From: Gemmatales bacterium
GTDB taxonomy: Bacteria; Planctomycetota; Planctomycetia; Gemmatales; HRBIN36
NCBI GenBank assembly: GCA_041640595.1
Contig: JBEPZY010000009.1
Span: forward strand, 64,001 to 128,000
DNA: 64,000 nt
Direction of reading: 5' to 3'
Shown here: positions 1-11,051 of the stretch, one piece after another
How positions within the stretch are numbered: the first letter of the stretch is position 1
Layout: every line of letters starts with the position of its first letter
Position numbers and translations under genes: made by a program
Notes under the pieces: model-generated
What the model saw: the letters and a program-made list of their open reading frames with translations, nothing else
What the model was told of the DNA's origin: nothing
Database searches by the model: none

Positions 1-695
1 TGCCCTATGGAGCAATCACTAACGGATGCACCACCACGGTACCGGGACACCCAGGCACAATAGTGTGGGGCACTTTAGCCGATCGGCGTGTTCTGATGTT
101 TCGGGGCAGGTTTCACCGCTACGAAGGCCATGATCGGACGACCGTGTGCTGGCCGGTCATGTTATCGGCCAGTTTGGGAGTACGCCTGTTAGTGCTCACC
201 AACGCGGCCGGTGGAATTCGTACCGATTTGCTGCCGGGCACATTGATGCTTGTGCGGGGCTGGATTGATTGGATTAACTGGGCTGGCCGCGAGCAACACA
301 AACGGCTTCCGGTAGAGGACACAGTACCCGATTGGGCAGTTATTCATCCGCTGCCGATCGGAAAGGAGGTGACGTTGTTGGCAAAGGTTGCCGGGCAACA
401 GGGTCTCGACCTCCGCGAAGGGGTGTTGGCAACGGTGAGCGGCCCCAATTACGAAACACCGGCGGAAATTCGCGCCCTGCGTGCTCTGGGAGCCGATGCG
501 GTTGGCATGTCCACGGCCGCTGAACTGGCCTGTGCCTGTCAATTATCCCTGCCAGTCGTCGCAATTTCCTGTATCACCAATCGTGCGGCCGGCCTGGCGC
601 CTGTGCGGTTGTGCCATAGCGAGGTATTGCAGCAGGCGTCGCAGATGGTGACTGCTCTATCAGGACTGCTGGCGGAATTTCTGCGGCACTGCTGA
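1..695 (+). CDS. purine-nucleoside phosphorylase (5' truncated by window edge)
   Basis: Frame open from the window start (TVPGHPG); PNP motifs GRFHRYEG, TNAAGG, GPNYETPAE, GADAVGMST, CITN. Confidence 0.9.
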   Translation, partial: PYGAITNGCTTTVPGHPGTIVWGTLADRRVLMFRGRFHRYEGHDRTTVCWPVMLSASLGVRLLVLTNAAGGIRTDLLPGTLMLVRGWIDWINWAGREQHKRLPVEDTVPDWAVIHPLPIGKEVTLLAKVAGQQGLDLREGVLATVSGPNYETPAEIRALRALGADAVGMSTAAELACACQLSLPVVAISCITNRAAGLAPVRLCHSEVLQQASQMVTALSGLLAEFLRHC

Positions 696-847
696 ACATC
701 GTGCTGGCAAGTTGCGCCTGGGTCCGCCCACCGGCTAACTGACTCGACTTGTTTATAGGTCGCTTTGCCGATGCTGGGTTGTTTCGCCGATGATTGATTG
801 TCTCGCCGATGCCATCTGAACGTTGCGGAAGGCAGACTGCCCATTGA

Positions 848-2392
<1,545 letters not shown>

Positions 2393-2526
2393 TGCCCGCC
2401 GCTTGGCTCCCCTCGGTCAGCAACCACGAAGGCGCGTAGACACCAAAACAAACTCGGTGTCCTTGGGATCGGCAATTTTCCAAGCCGCTAGGAAGAAAGA
2501 CACCGCTATGGTCAGGCCAGCGGTGC

Positions 2527-2991
2527 TTATTGGCGGCGGAACTCGAATTCTTTGTCGGTTTTGGGGATGACCACGACGTGGTACGGCTGGGTGAGTACCT
2601 GGATGGTAATGCTGCCCGGAGGCGGTGACGTTTCTTCTACGAAAACGAGCAGCTTATCAGCCTTCGCATCGTGCCTGATATCCCGAATGCGGATACTGTA
2701 ACCGCCGGTCGGTTTCGTGCCTGCAAACACCGCTACGACCGTCTGCTTTTCAAAATCCACCTCTGGCAAAGCCGGCTTGGGTTCAACATTGCGGTGGATT
2801 TTGGCCCATAAATCCGCCCAGGCTTTGGCGTCGCGGATGATTAGCTGCGCTGGCTTTTCCACTCCGCAATGGCTGCCTCTCCATTCCCGAAGGATGGAAA
2901 TTTTATCCGGCGTCTTTTCCTGGGCGTTCATCGGAGCGCACACCAGAGCTAGCGTAAGCAGTCCCGCCAGAGTCCGACTCACGGTTTGCAT
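2527..2991 (-). CDS. secreted PrcB C-terminal-like domain protein
   Basis: Signal peptide; PEVDFEKQTVVAVFAGTKPTGGYSI...QVLTQPYHVV pattern; AAGGAG RBS. Confidence 0.75.
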   Translation of the reverse strand: MQTVSRTLAGLLTLALVCAPMNAQEKTPDKISILREWRGSHCGVEKPAQLIIRDAKAWADLWAKIHRNVEPKPALPEVDFEKQTVVAVFAGTKPTGGYSIRIRDIRHDAKADKLLVFVEETSPPPGSITIQVLTQPYHVVVIPKTDKEFEFRRQ

Positions 2992-3245
2992 CGGCATTCT
3001 CCTTTGTAAGCACCCCGAGCATCGCGGCAAGTGAGCCGACCATCGTGATTTTTTAGCGGCAATGTTCGCGGGTTCGCCGTTTACTTTGCTATGACGAACC
3101 ACGCCAGCATAGCCAACCGTCGCGGTGCTGCGGACCGTCTCCGCTGTGCCTTAAGATATGACGAAGAAGCCCGGCGTGCGATCGCATGTTTGGACACGGT
3201 CGCCATTTCAGCCAGGCCTATCAAAAACTTTTTCGGCGGACAGAA

Positions 3246-4394
3246 TCAGGTGGTTACCACCAGGTTATCGCGGTGGATGGCTTCTTCGTAATGGTCGGGA
3301 CCAACGATTTCCGCAACGCGGTCGCTTCGCAAACCGCAAATCTTACGTAAATCAGCCGCGGCGTAGTTGGTCAATCCCCGGGCAAATTCCCTGCCCTCGG
3401 TATCCACGATGGCCACGACATCGCCTTTGTTGAAATTGCCGACGACGCGAACGATGCCGATGGGGAGAAGACTGCGTCCGCGCTTTTCGACAGCATCGCG
3501 GGCACCCGCATCCACAATGATTTTGCCCCGCGGTTGTGCTGCCCAGGCGATCCAGCGTTGCCGGGCACGCAAGATACCGCCGCGCGGTAAAAACAACGTA
3601 CCGACCGGTTCCCCGGCCAGGATCGCTTGCAAAATGCCGGGTTGCCGACCATTGGCGACAATAACACAACCGCCGGCAAGCGTGACCAGGCGGGCTGCCT
3701 TCAACTTGCTCTTCATCCCACCACTGCCGAGTTCACTGCGACCCTGACTGGCGGTCTGAAGCACACGCTCATCAACATCTTCGACCGTTCGGAGCAGTTG
3801 TGCCCCCGGTTCTGCCGGATCGCGGTCGTAAAGTCCATCTACGACCGTCAACAGCACCAGAAGCGGTGCCGGGATCAGATTGGTCACCAGCGCCGCCAGA
3901 TGATCGTTGTCGCCAAAACGAATTTCCGCCACGCTTACCGTGTCGTTTTCGTTGATTACGGGCACACAGTTAAGCTCGAACAGCGTCAACAGGGTGTTGC
4001 GAACGTTGAGATAGCGGACGCGATGATCAAAATCGCCGGCAGTCAGCAGCAACTGGGCGGCATGGTAGCCATAATGGGCGAAAGCTTCCTCGTAAACAGC
4101 CATCAGTGCGCTTTGACCAACAGCGGCGGCGGCTTGCAGGTAACGCAGGTCCTTCGGTCGCTGCTTCAATCCCAGCCGACCCATGCCTGCTCCGATGGCG
4201 CCAGAACTCACCAGCGCCACTCGCCGGCCTGTTTGCCGAACCTGGTGGATTTGTTCCGCCAGGTGTCGCACGCGCTCAGGATCAAGAATGCCCTGAGCAT
4301 CTGTCAGCACTTGCGTTCCCACCTTGACGACAATCGTCTGTGCCTCGGTCAGGACTTCCTGCCGGACCGGATCAATGGCGAATCGCTGTTCCAT
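3246..4394 (-). CDS. proB: glutamate 5-kinase
   Basis: IVVKVGT, VSSGAIGAG, INENDTV, FGDND, GGMKSK and C-terminal PUA domain. Confidence 0.97.
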   Translation of the reverse strand: MEQRFAIDPVRQEVLTEAQTIVVKVGTQVLTDAQGILDPERVRHLAEQIHQVRQTGRRVALVSSGAIGAGMGRLGLKQRPKDLRYLQAAAAVGQSALMAVYEEAFAHYGYHAAQLLLTAGDFDHRVRYLNVRNTLLTLFELNCVPVINENDTVSVAEIRFGDNDHLAALVTNLIPAPLLVLLTVVDGLYDRDPAEPGAQLLRTVEDVDERVLQTASQGRSELGSGGMKSKLKAARLVTLAGGCVIVANGRQPGILQAILAGEPVGTLFLPRGGILRARQRWIAWAAQPRGKIIVDAGARDAVEKRGRSLLPIGIVRVVGNFNKGDVVAIVDTEGREFARGLTNYAAADLRKICGLRSDRVAEIVGPDHYEEAIHRDNLVVTT

Positions 4395-4646
4395 AGTCGC
4401 CGGGTTACTCCATGAAAGGTAAAAATCGTGTCAGGCCAGGCCGCTTCGGTTACCGTCTGGCTGCACGAATGCTCCTTCGGCAATTGCCATTCTATAGGCC
4501 CCGCCCAAACGCTTACTCGCAATGGCGCCAGCACTCCAAAACTTTTCGCGACGAATCGGGCGGAGTCTCGCCGTGCAACACGTCGCTATACCGCCGGGTT
4601 TTTCGACAGCGCACCAAAAGCGGTCGCCCAGCGGATCATGCTGGCT

Positions 4647-4831
4647 GTAACTGTTGCCGGCGGCCATAGATTGTGCGTTCCAGATGCGCACGGCCGTTGG
4701 TCAGTTACAAACCGAGGAGAGTAACTGTAGCCAGCGGCGATCGATTATGGGTTTCAGAACCTGGCACTGTCTATATATGTTCGGCAATTGCGGGTAACTG
4801 TAGCCAGCGGCGATCGATTATGGGTTCCAGA
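4647..4831. repeat. three 38-bp direct repeats with 36- and 35-nt unique spacers
   Basis: GTAACTGTAGCCAGCGGCGATCGATTATGGGTTCCAGA at 4647 (6 mismatches), 4721 (1 mismatch) and 4794; last copy overlaps the stop codon of the M81 peptidase gene. Confidence 0.92.
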
Positions 4832-6287
4832 GCGGGTACATCGGCCGAATGCGGCGATATTGCAGCCGGCGGACATTTACCGTGGTCAGCCCAGGCGTAT
4901 CTACTTCGATGACCGTACCGGCAATGGGCATGTAGGCGGCCTTCCACGCGATCGCGCCTTTGACCACAATGATCCGCAATTGTCGCGGCTCAATTCCCAG
5001 GCAGGTCAATTGACCGAGACTGAATGGCGGATGGCGTTCGGAGGTCAGGACAAGGAGATTGCCGCCGTCCATTTCCAGCAATGCCGTCCAGCCCATGCGA
5101 TGCACTCGCATTCCGCCGTGCCGGGCTTCGCTTTCCTCGTAAGTGCCCGGATGCAATAACCGCACCCGACCGGTAACGGTGACCGGTGAGCCATGCCACG
5201 CATCCGTTTTGCCGCCTACGGTCAGCGTCAGGGTTGCCCCAGTTCCCGCCCGCTGGCATTGCTGCACTGCTTCCGGGTCATACAGGCAGACGAGACTCTC
5301 ACTGGCACCTTGCCTGAGCAATTCCGCCAGCAACACCGTACCATCAGCAGCCGAACCGCCTCCAACATTGTCGCCGAAATCAACGAGGATCACCGGCGTT
5401 CTGGTGGCGCTCAAGGCCTGGCGGACGGCTTCGGTAGCGTCGGGCAATTCCGCCTGCATGGCTGCTCGCTCGTTCCACAGCCGCTCGGATAGCTCCACCA
5501 CCAATCGCCGGGCCAAGTCGCGGTCGGCATCCGTAACCGCCAGAAAACTCGGTCCCATCTGGGGTACATCGGCATAGGGAAAACCGAGCAGGAAACTCAC
5601 CGCCAGCACGCCGGACTGTTGCTCCGCCGAACAAATAGCCTCGAAATAGGCCGCCAGGGGTGGCCGGGAAGTATCCTGTCGCGCCAGGGAAATGATCACC
5701 GGTGGTTTGGCTATCGCGGCTACCGGATGGATTTCCCCGCGCAGTTGGCGTAAAAGTAAACGCGCGGCTCGCCGACCACACTCATACTGATCCACATGCG
5801 GATTGGTGCGATAAGCTACCGCCAGCGGAGACAATTCGGTTATGGATTCCGGCAGGTTACCGTGCAGGTCGAACGTTACTGCCAGCGGAAAGTCCTGCCC
5901 GACCACCCGGCGAATCCGCCGCAACAACTCGGCATCGGCATCCGCGAAACGAGGCGTGACCATCGCCCCGTGCAGAGCCAGCAGCAACGCATCGTAACTG
6001 CCACCCTGCAATTGCCGGCATAAATAGTCCGCCACCTCCTCGAACAAACCATCGTCCACCGCGCCTCCCGGAGTGGCCCAGCCCAGGAACAACGGCTCAG
6101 CCTGGTAACCGCTTTCCTGCAATTCCCGCAAAAATCCCGCGATCTCGTGATGGGAATCGCCCCATTCACGGACCCAATCCGAACCGAAAACCAGCGTTTG
6201 CCGGGCGAACGCCTCCCGATCGGTGAGCCGCGGGTGAAAGGTGTTTGATTCGTGCAGAAAACCAGCCACCGCGATTCGTGCGGCCAT
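4818..6287 (-). CDS. M81 (MlrC-like) metallopeptidase
   Basis: HESNTF, LHGAM, DLHGN, YRTNPHVD, DNVGGG motifs. Confidence 0.92.
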   Translation of the reverse strand: MAARIAVAGFLHESNTFHPRLTDREAFARQTLVFGSDWVREWGDSHHEIAGFLRELQESGYQAEPLFLGWATPGGAVDDGLFEEVADYLCRQLQGGSYDALLLALHGAMVTPRFADADAELLRRIRRVVGQDFPLAVTFDLHGNLPESITELSPLAVAYRTNPHVDQYECGRRAARLLLRQLRGEIHPVAAIAKPPVIISLARQDTSRPPLAAYFEAICSAEQQSGVLAVSFLLGFPYADVPQMGPSFLAVTDADRDLARRLVVELSERLWNERAAMQAELPDATEAVRQALSATRTPVILVDFGDNVGGGSAADGTVLLAELLRQGASESLVCLYDPEAVQQCQRAGTGATLTLTVGGKTDAWHGSPVTVTGRVRLLHPGTYEESEARHGGMRVHRMGWTALLEMDGGNLLVLTSERHPPFSLGQLTCLGIEPRQLRIIVVKGAIAWKAAYMPIAGTVIEVDTPGLTTVNVRRLQYRRIRPMYPLWNP

Positions 6288-6300
6288 GCTCAGCTCCAGC

Positions 6301-7116
6301 TTACGTCGTGTTCTGGCCCGGTGCGGTGTCGCCAAGCCAGTAAAGCAAGGTTTTCACTTCAAATGGCTTCAAGTCGGGCTTCAGGGAAAGCAGTCGCGCC
6401 ACGATACCGGTAAGATGAGCGGCTGCCCAGCTCGTGGCCAGGGTGTTCGCAAAAGGCCCGTAGTAAGCACGGCTATGGGCCTGGAATTCAGTAAACGTAT
6501 CAGGTGCGTAACGAAATTGCAGCGGGGCGGCGAGTTCTCCTTTACGCACCGACAAAAGCGGCGGGGTATGCATGGCAGGCCAGCTCAAAATCAGCGGATG
6601 ATCGTTATGCGCTGCCGCCACCAGAATCACATCGCGGCTGTAGCAAAATTGAAGCGCCTGCCAGAGGGCATAGCGTCGCGCCGGCGATTGCAAACGTTCC
6701 TCTGCCACGCCCAGGGAAATGTTGATCAGCTTGCACTGCCAGTGCGTCACCGACCAGTGCAATGCCTGAACCAGCTTTTCGACGGTGCAGTTTCCTGTAC
6801 CGCCAAACACATCTGCAGAAAAGAGCTGGACCCGGGGAGCTAGCTGCAAAATGATGTCTGCCACCGTGGTACCGTGAGTGGCGCTGTGCCGGCCGGAATA
6901 GGGCAAAACCTCACCCGCAGGGCCGAAAATGACGCCTTCGATCTTCGGTGGCTCATGGCCCCGCTCCCGGCAACGCCGGGCGATTAATTCGGTATCCACG
7001 CCCGTATCCACCAGGGCCACTTTTACCCCTGAACCATCCGCCGCCGGGTCGCGGAGGAGCCGATCCCGATCCAGCCGTTGGAACAGTTCCTTGAAAAAAT
7101 CGCCTGTGGACGCCAT
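6301..7116 (-). CDS. S8 family (subtilisin-like) serine peptidase, no signal peptide
   Basis: VALVDTG, HGTTVA, INISLG, AAAHN, ATSWAAAH catalytic-triad motifs. Confidence 0.85.
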   Translation of the reverse strand: MASTGDFFKELFQRLDRDRLLRDPAADGSGVKVALVDTGVDTELIARRCRERGHEPPKIEGVIFGPAGEVLPYSGRHSATHGTTVADIILQLAPRVQLFSADVFGGTGNCTVEKLVQALHWSVTHWQCKLINISLGVAEERLQSPARRYALWQALQFCYSRDVILVAAAHNDHPLILSWPAMHTPPLLSVRKGELAAPLQFRYAPDTFTEFQAHSRAYYGPFANTLATSWAAAHLTGIVARLLSLKPDLKPFEVKTLLYWLGDTAPGQNTT

Positions 7117-7149
7117 GAGCGGAGAATGTAATAGTTCCGGCTCGGCCGA

Positions 7150-8457
7150 CTAATTACCGGAAGTCTGGCGGGTGCCATCTGGCAGTTCCAGCACTCGACT
7201 CAACAACTGCTCCAGCTGGTCGAGCAGTTGCCGGCAGAATTGCAACGCCGGTGGGCCATACCGTCGCAGCAATTCCCGCAATTGCCAGGCTAACTCGACC
7301 AGTTCGCGGGGATTTTCAGGAAATAATTCCGGCTGCTGAATCGCTTGCTGCAAGTGAGCCCAAACGGCTGGCTGCGCGGCGACGGTGACGCTCTGCGGAC
7401 TGGCAGCCGTACCGGCTTGCAGGGCGGCCTGGAGTGCCCGCCATACTGCAGCATGCAGTTGCCGCTCAGCAAGCAGTTGCTCCAGCACAGCTCGCGCCAG
7501 CTCCTGAAAATGACGCACCAGGGTTCGCTCTCGAGTACCCGGTTCACGTCGGCCCAGCGGAGTATCGAAAACTTCCAGCACCGCGGCCCGCGGTGGCTCC
7601 AGAGGCACGGGGACTACCACCACATTCTCGTGGGCCAGTTCGTAAGGTTGCAACGTGACCCCTGGCGGCACCATTTCTTTCAGGTTTGCGAGCACGCACA
7701 CTTCCTGCATCGCCAGCGCGGTTGCCGCCAGCGTCTCGGCAAACGGCACATTTGCCGTTTCCAGTCGCCGGCCTTCCATGTCGAACAGGTCCACGGAAAA
7801 ATCGGGGACATGAGCACGGTCGGAATTGCCCTGAGCATGCACTGCTGGAGAGTCCGAAGAGGCGTTGCTTGCCTCCATTTTGCTATGTCGAACCAGGAGC
7901 ACACCGTGTCGCGTTTCGAAAATATCCTGGCCGAACTGCAACAGTGCCCGCAATGATTCGCTCGGAGCGATACCGCTCGAAAGATCGCTGGTCGTCTGCA
8001 CAAGCGGCACAATTGCTTCCAGCGCCTGCTGAAACTGGCGCACTCGTTCCAGATGCTGACGCTCCCGCTTGGCCGGTCGAATTTGCTCCAGCTGTCGCCG
8101 AACCACCGCCAGCAAAGTTTCTCGTCGCAGGTCGCGGTTTTTGTCGAGGTAGTCGCGCACACCCATCCGCAACGCATCCAGCGGAGTTGCCTGGTGAGCG
8201 TAGCCCGTAACCAGAATCGCCACCACCTCCGGACAAAACACCCGCAAGTCTTCCAGCAACTGCAACCCGTTATTGCCCGCGCCAAGATTCCAATCCAGAA
8301 TCGCCAGGTCTATACTCCGCTGACTGGCGATTTGCAAAGCCGACTCCGCATCCCAGGCTTCTACCAGCTCACAGTCCGGATCGGCTCCCTGCAACCACTC
8401 GCGAAACGTCCGTCGCACTAATTCCTCGTCATCCACAATCAAAATGGTCTCAGCCAC
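7150..8457 (-). CDS. response regulator with probable GAF-like central domain
   Basis: ILIVDDE, AILD, LVTG, DYLDK receiver motifs; VVVVPV...VLEVF GAF-like segment. Confidence 0.85.
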   Translation of the reverse strand: MAETILIVDDEELVRRTFREWLQGADPDCELVEAWDAESALQIASQRSIDLAILDWNLGAGNNGLQLLEDLRVFCPEVVAILVTGYAHQATPLDALRMGVRDYLDKNRDLRRETLLAVVRRQLEQIRPAKRERQHLERVRQFQQALEAIVPLVQTTSDLSSGIAPSESLRALLQFGQDIFETRHGVLLVRHSKMEASNASSDSPAVHAQGNSDRAHVPDFSVDLFDMEGRRLETANVPFAETLAATALAMQEVCVLANLKEMVPPGVTLQPYELAHENVVVVPVPLEPPRAAVLEVFDTPLGRREPGTRERTLVRHFQELARAVLEQLLAERQLHAAVWRALQAALQAGTAASPQSVTVAAQPAVWAHLQQAIQQPELFPENPRELVELAWQLRELLRRYGPPALQFCRQLLDQLEQLLSRVLELPDGTRQTSGN

Positions 8458-8506
8458 GGCGCTGCCCTCTTCCGAGCCAGCCTGGCAGGAGGTGCGGACA
8501 CGCTGG

Positions 8507-9202
8507 CTAGGTGCGTTGTTCGTTCACCGAACCGTCGGTGTTCGCCGGCTGACTTGCTGATGTGGTCGTTTTCTCGTAAGCGGCACGGAAAACCGGTCGG
8601 CCCTGCTGGATGGCTTTTCGCTCAAAGTTGGTCATCCATTGCGGGTCTGGCGGAGGTGGCGGTGTCGCTGCGGGTTGCAGTTGTGTGTGTGTCCGCACCA
8701 ATTCCTGCATGACGGCGAAATACTCTTCCACGTCGCTGGCTATCCGTAATTGACCTCCCGGCTGCAGGATGCGCTCGGTGTGGCGGACAAAATCTTCCTG
8801 AAACAACCGCCTTTTGCGATGCCGACGTTTCCACCAGGGGTCGGGAAAATAGACATGCACCACCTGAACGCTTGATTCTGCAAAATAGGCCGGCAGAACC
8901 CGTCGGGCATCCCCGTGAATAAGCCGCACATTGGGCACCTGCCGTTTCGCTAGCCGCGTGGCCACGTATAGCACCAGCGCTTTGTCTATCTCAATGCCGA
9001 CATAGTTTCGCTCCGGGTGCGCGAGCGCCGATTGCAGCAGGAATCCCCCTTTGCCGAACCCCACTTCCAGTTCCACCGGATGCGGATTACCGAAAACGGC
9101 GGCGAAATCAAAAGGGCTCGGCGGGTCCTCCAGCGGGAGCAGATATGCGGCCAGTACTTCCAGGGGCAGGCGTTTATCACGCGGTACCAGTGTCCGACCC
9201 AT
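8507..9202 (-). CDS. trmB: tRNA (guanine-N7)-methyltransferase
   Basis: ELEVGFGKG, YFPDPWWKRRH, TNFERK. Confidence 0.95.
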   Translation of the reverse strand: MGRTLVPRDKRLPLEVLAAYLLPLEDPPSPFDFAAVFGNPHPVELEVGFGKGGFLLQSALAHPERNYVGIEIDKALVLYVATRLAKRQVPNVRLIHGDARRVLPAYFAESSVQVVHVYFPDPWWKRRHRKRRLFQEDFVRHTERILQPGGQLRIASDVEEYFAVMQELVRTHTQLQPAATPPPPPDPQWMTNFERKAIQQGRPVFRAAYEKTTTSASQPANTDGSVNEQRT

Positions 9203-9692
9203 GCTTTTTCTCCCTGAAAAATGGTACCCCGATGACTTCGCCTTCAAAGACCAACCGGCCGTTCACAAATCCCTGCGTTTCCGACTGGATCTGCAAGCGG
9301 TGAATGCGGGAGAGTTGTGCCACCAGCACTAACCGATCTCCTGGATACACAGGGGCCCGAAAGCGCACTCGCTCCAGGCCGCCAAACGCCAGGAAGTCCC
9401 CGGCAATCAGTTGCAGGTACCGGGCGTAAAAACCGCTCAATTGTGCCGCCGCTTCACACATCAGCACCCCAGGCATCAGCGGATAATCCGGCATGTGTCC
9501 GCGTAACCAGAACGGTTCCCGCGGAACATCGTAGTAACCGACCGCCAGGCGCTTTTCCGGATCGGCATACACCACCGCCGTCAGCATCTCCATTTCGTAG
9601 CGCTGGGGATTGTATTTGCGTATCTCCTCCAGCGTAAACACAGGTCGGCTGAAATCGAGCTGGCTGATGTCAAAAAGTGCAGCCCGCGGCAT
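9177..9692 (-). CDS. beta-hydroxyacyl-ACP dehydratase (FabA/FabZ family)
   Basis: GHMPDYPLMPGVLMCEAAAQ, FRAPVYPGD hot-dog motifs. Confidence 0.9.
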   Translation of the reverse strand: MPRAALFDISQLDFSRPVFTLEEIRKYNPQRYEMEMLTAVVYADPEKRLAVGYYDVPREPFWLRGHMPDYPLMPGVLMCEAAAQLSGFYARYLQLIAGDFLAFGGLERVRFRAPVYPGDRLVLVAQLSRIHRLQIQSETQGFVNGRLVFEGEVIGVPFFREKKHGSDTGTA

Positions 9693-10497
9693 GACCGCTC
9701 CTTATTTCAGGTCGCATTGCCAGAGGCATCGTCTCGAATCTGCCGAAGTGGCATCCCCGGCAATTTGTTCCGCACTCCGCAATTTTACACACCATCCGTG
9801 CACTGCTGGTGTATCCAGACGTTCCTTGCGGACAAACATCGGTGCGTTGAGCTGCCTTTTCAGCAAGGCGTGTCAACGAGCCTTTCGGTCGGCATGCAGC
9901 CCCGGCACTGACACCGTTGCTGCGACAATGCCGGCCAGCTCCCGTCGTGCCTCCGTTACTCCCCTGGACGCGACTCCTCCGAACCGTCCTCAAACCGCAC
10001 GCAGGCATTGCCAAACTTGCTCCGGTGTTTAGAATTGGTTTGCAGAATGGCGACAGGCACCCGGGCTAGGAAAACCAAAAGCTGACGCGGTGCCGCTCCA
10101 CATGGCGAACTTTGCCGCCCAGCTGCCGGGCTATCATCACCGCCTGCGTCCACCGTGTCTAATGCGGGGGATTTGTCAGGCGATAGCCGCCAGCCTGTCC
10201 CTTACAATGGAAATGCAGCACGCAAGCCACACTTAGCCCGGTCAACTTGGCGAGCTTGGCGGCTTTTATGCCTCCCTCGTCTGAGCCTCAAGGCCAGCAG
10301 CGGCGACTTTCCCGGGCAACGGCTGGTGCTGAACGGCTATCGTCAGGCAAGCCGAACGGCTGCTGAAACCGGACGCGCTGGTAGGCGGGAAAAGGCGATT
10401 GGCGATCGCTTCACCGCCTCCATCCCACGCCCTGACCCTCCGGAACGATAAAGAGCTCTGGGTCAAGAGAACCCCTACCCAGCCCCACGGGGACTTG

Positions 10498-10753
10498 GCA
10501 ACTAATCCGCCGAACAGCTCCATCGCCGCTACACCTTGCGCTGGGCTGGACTGAGACGCCAAGCCACGGCTGCGATTAGTCTGCCCTACGGCTCCAACGC
10601 CGCTTCATTCTATCGCAGCTAAGCGGCGACGCAGGCGGGACGTCCGCAACTAACCTGCCAAACCCTTTCAACGCCGCGCCGCTCCATCGGAGGTAGCCGG
10701 CGATGCGGAATTGACGCTTGCAACCAACGCGCCAGACGGCTCCAACGCTGCTA
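10498..10753. repeat. four degenerate ~34-bp direct repeats at an exact 74-bp period
   Basis: Consensus GCAACTAAyCyGCCnnACrGCTCCAACGCCGCT at 10498, 10572, 10646, 10720; intervening sequences unrelated. Confidence 0.85.
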
Positions 10754-10774
10754 CTGGCTGGGATGCACAAACTT

Positions 10775-10848
10775 GGGCGCTTAGCTCAGCTGGTCAGAGC
10801 GCCACGTTGACATCGTGGAGGTCAGAGGTTCGAGTCCTCTAGCGCCCA
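10775..10848 (+). tRNA. tRNA-Val(GAC)
   Basis: Cloverleaf; anticodon arm CCACG-TTGACAT-CGTGG; GTTCGAG T-loop; CCA not encoded. Confidence 0.97.
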
Positions 10849-11043
10849 CTGGACGATTGTACACTAAGTGGCACGGAGTGCTAAGTAACGATACGGACGT
10901 AACTTGCGGTTGGCTGTTATTTTGGCAGTAGCGCTCTATATCGCTAGAAAACGCCGTTTGGTGCTGCGCTTTTTGCTGCGCCTGCATTTTTGCGCTCTGC
11001 ATTGTCAGAATTTGGTTGCCTTACCAGCTTGGGACACGCTGGC
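10849..11043 (+). repeat. 195-bp tRNA 3'-trailer element, copy 1
   Basis: Homologous to 39233-39427; first 65 nt have 63 identities. Confidence 0.9.
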
Positions 11044-11051
11044 GCTCGGGG

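Noticed and set aside
760..816. Three degenerate 19-bp units containing GCCGATG upstream of the TPP riboswitch
   Set aside because: Short and low in information; cannot be distinguished from local slippage.
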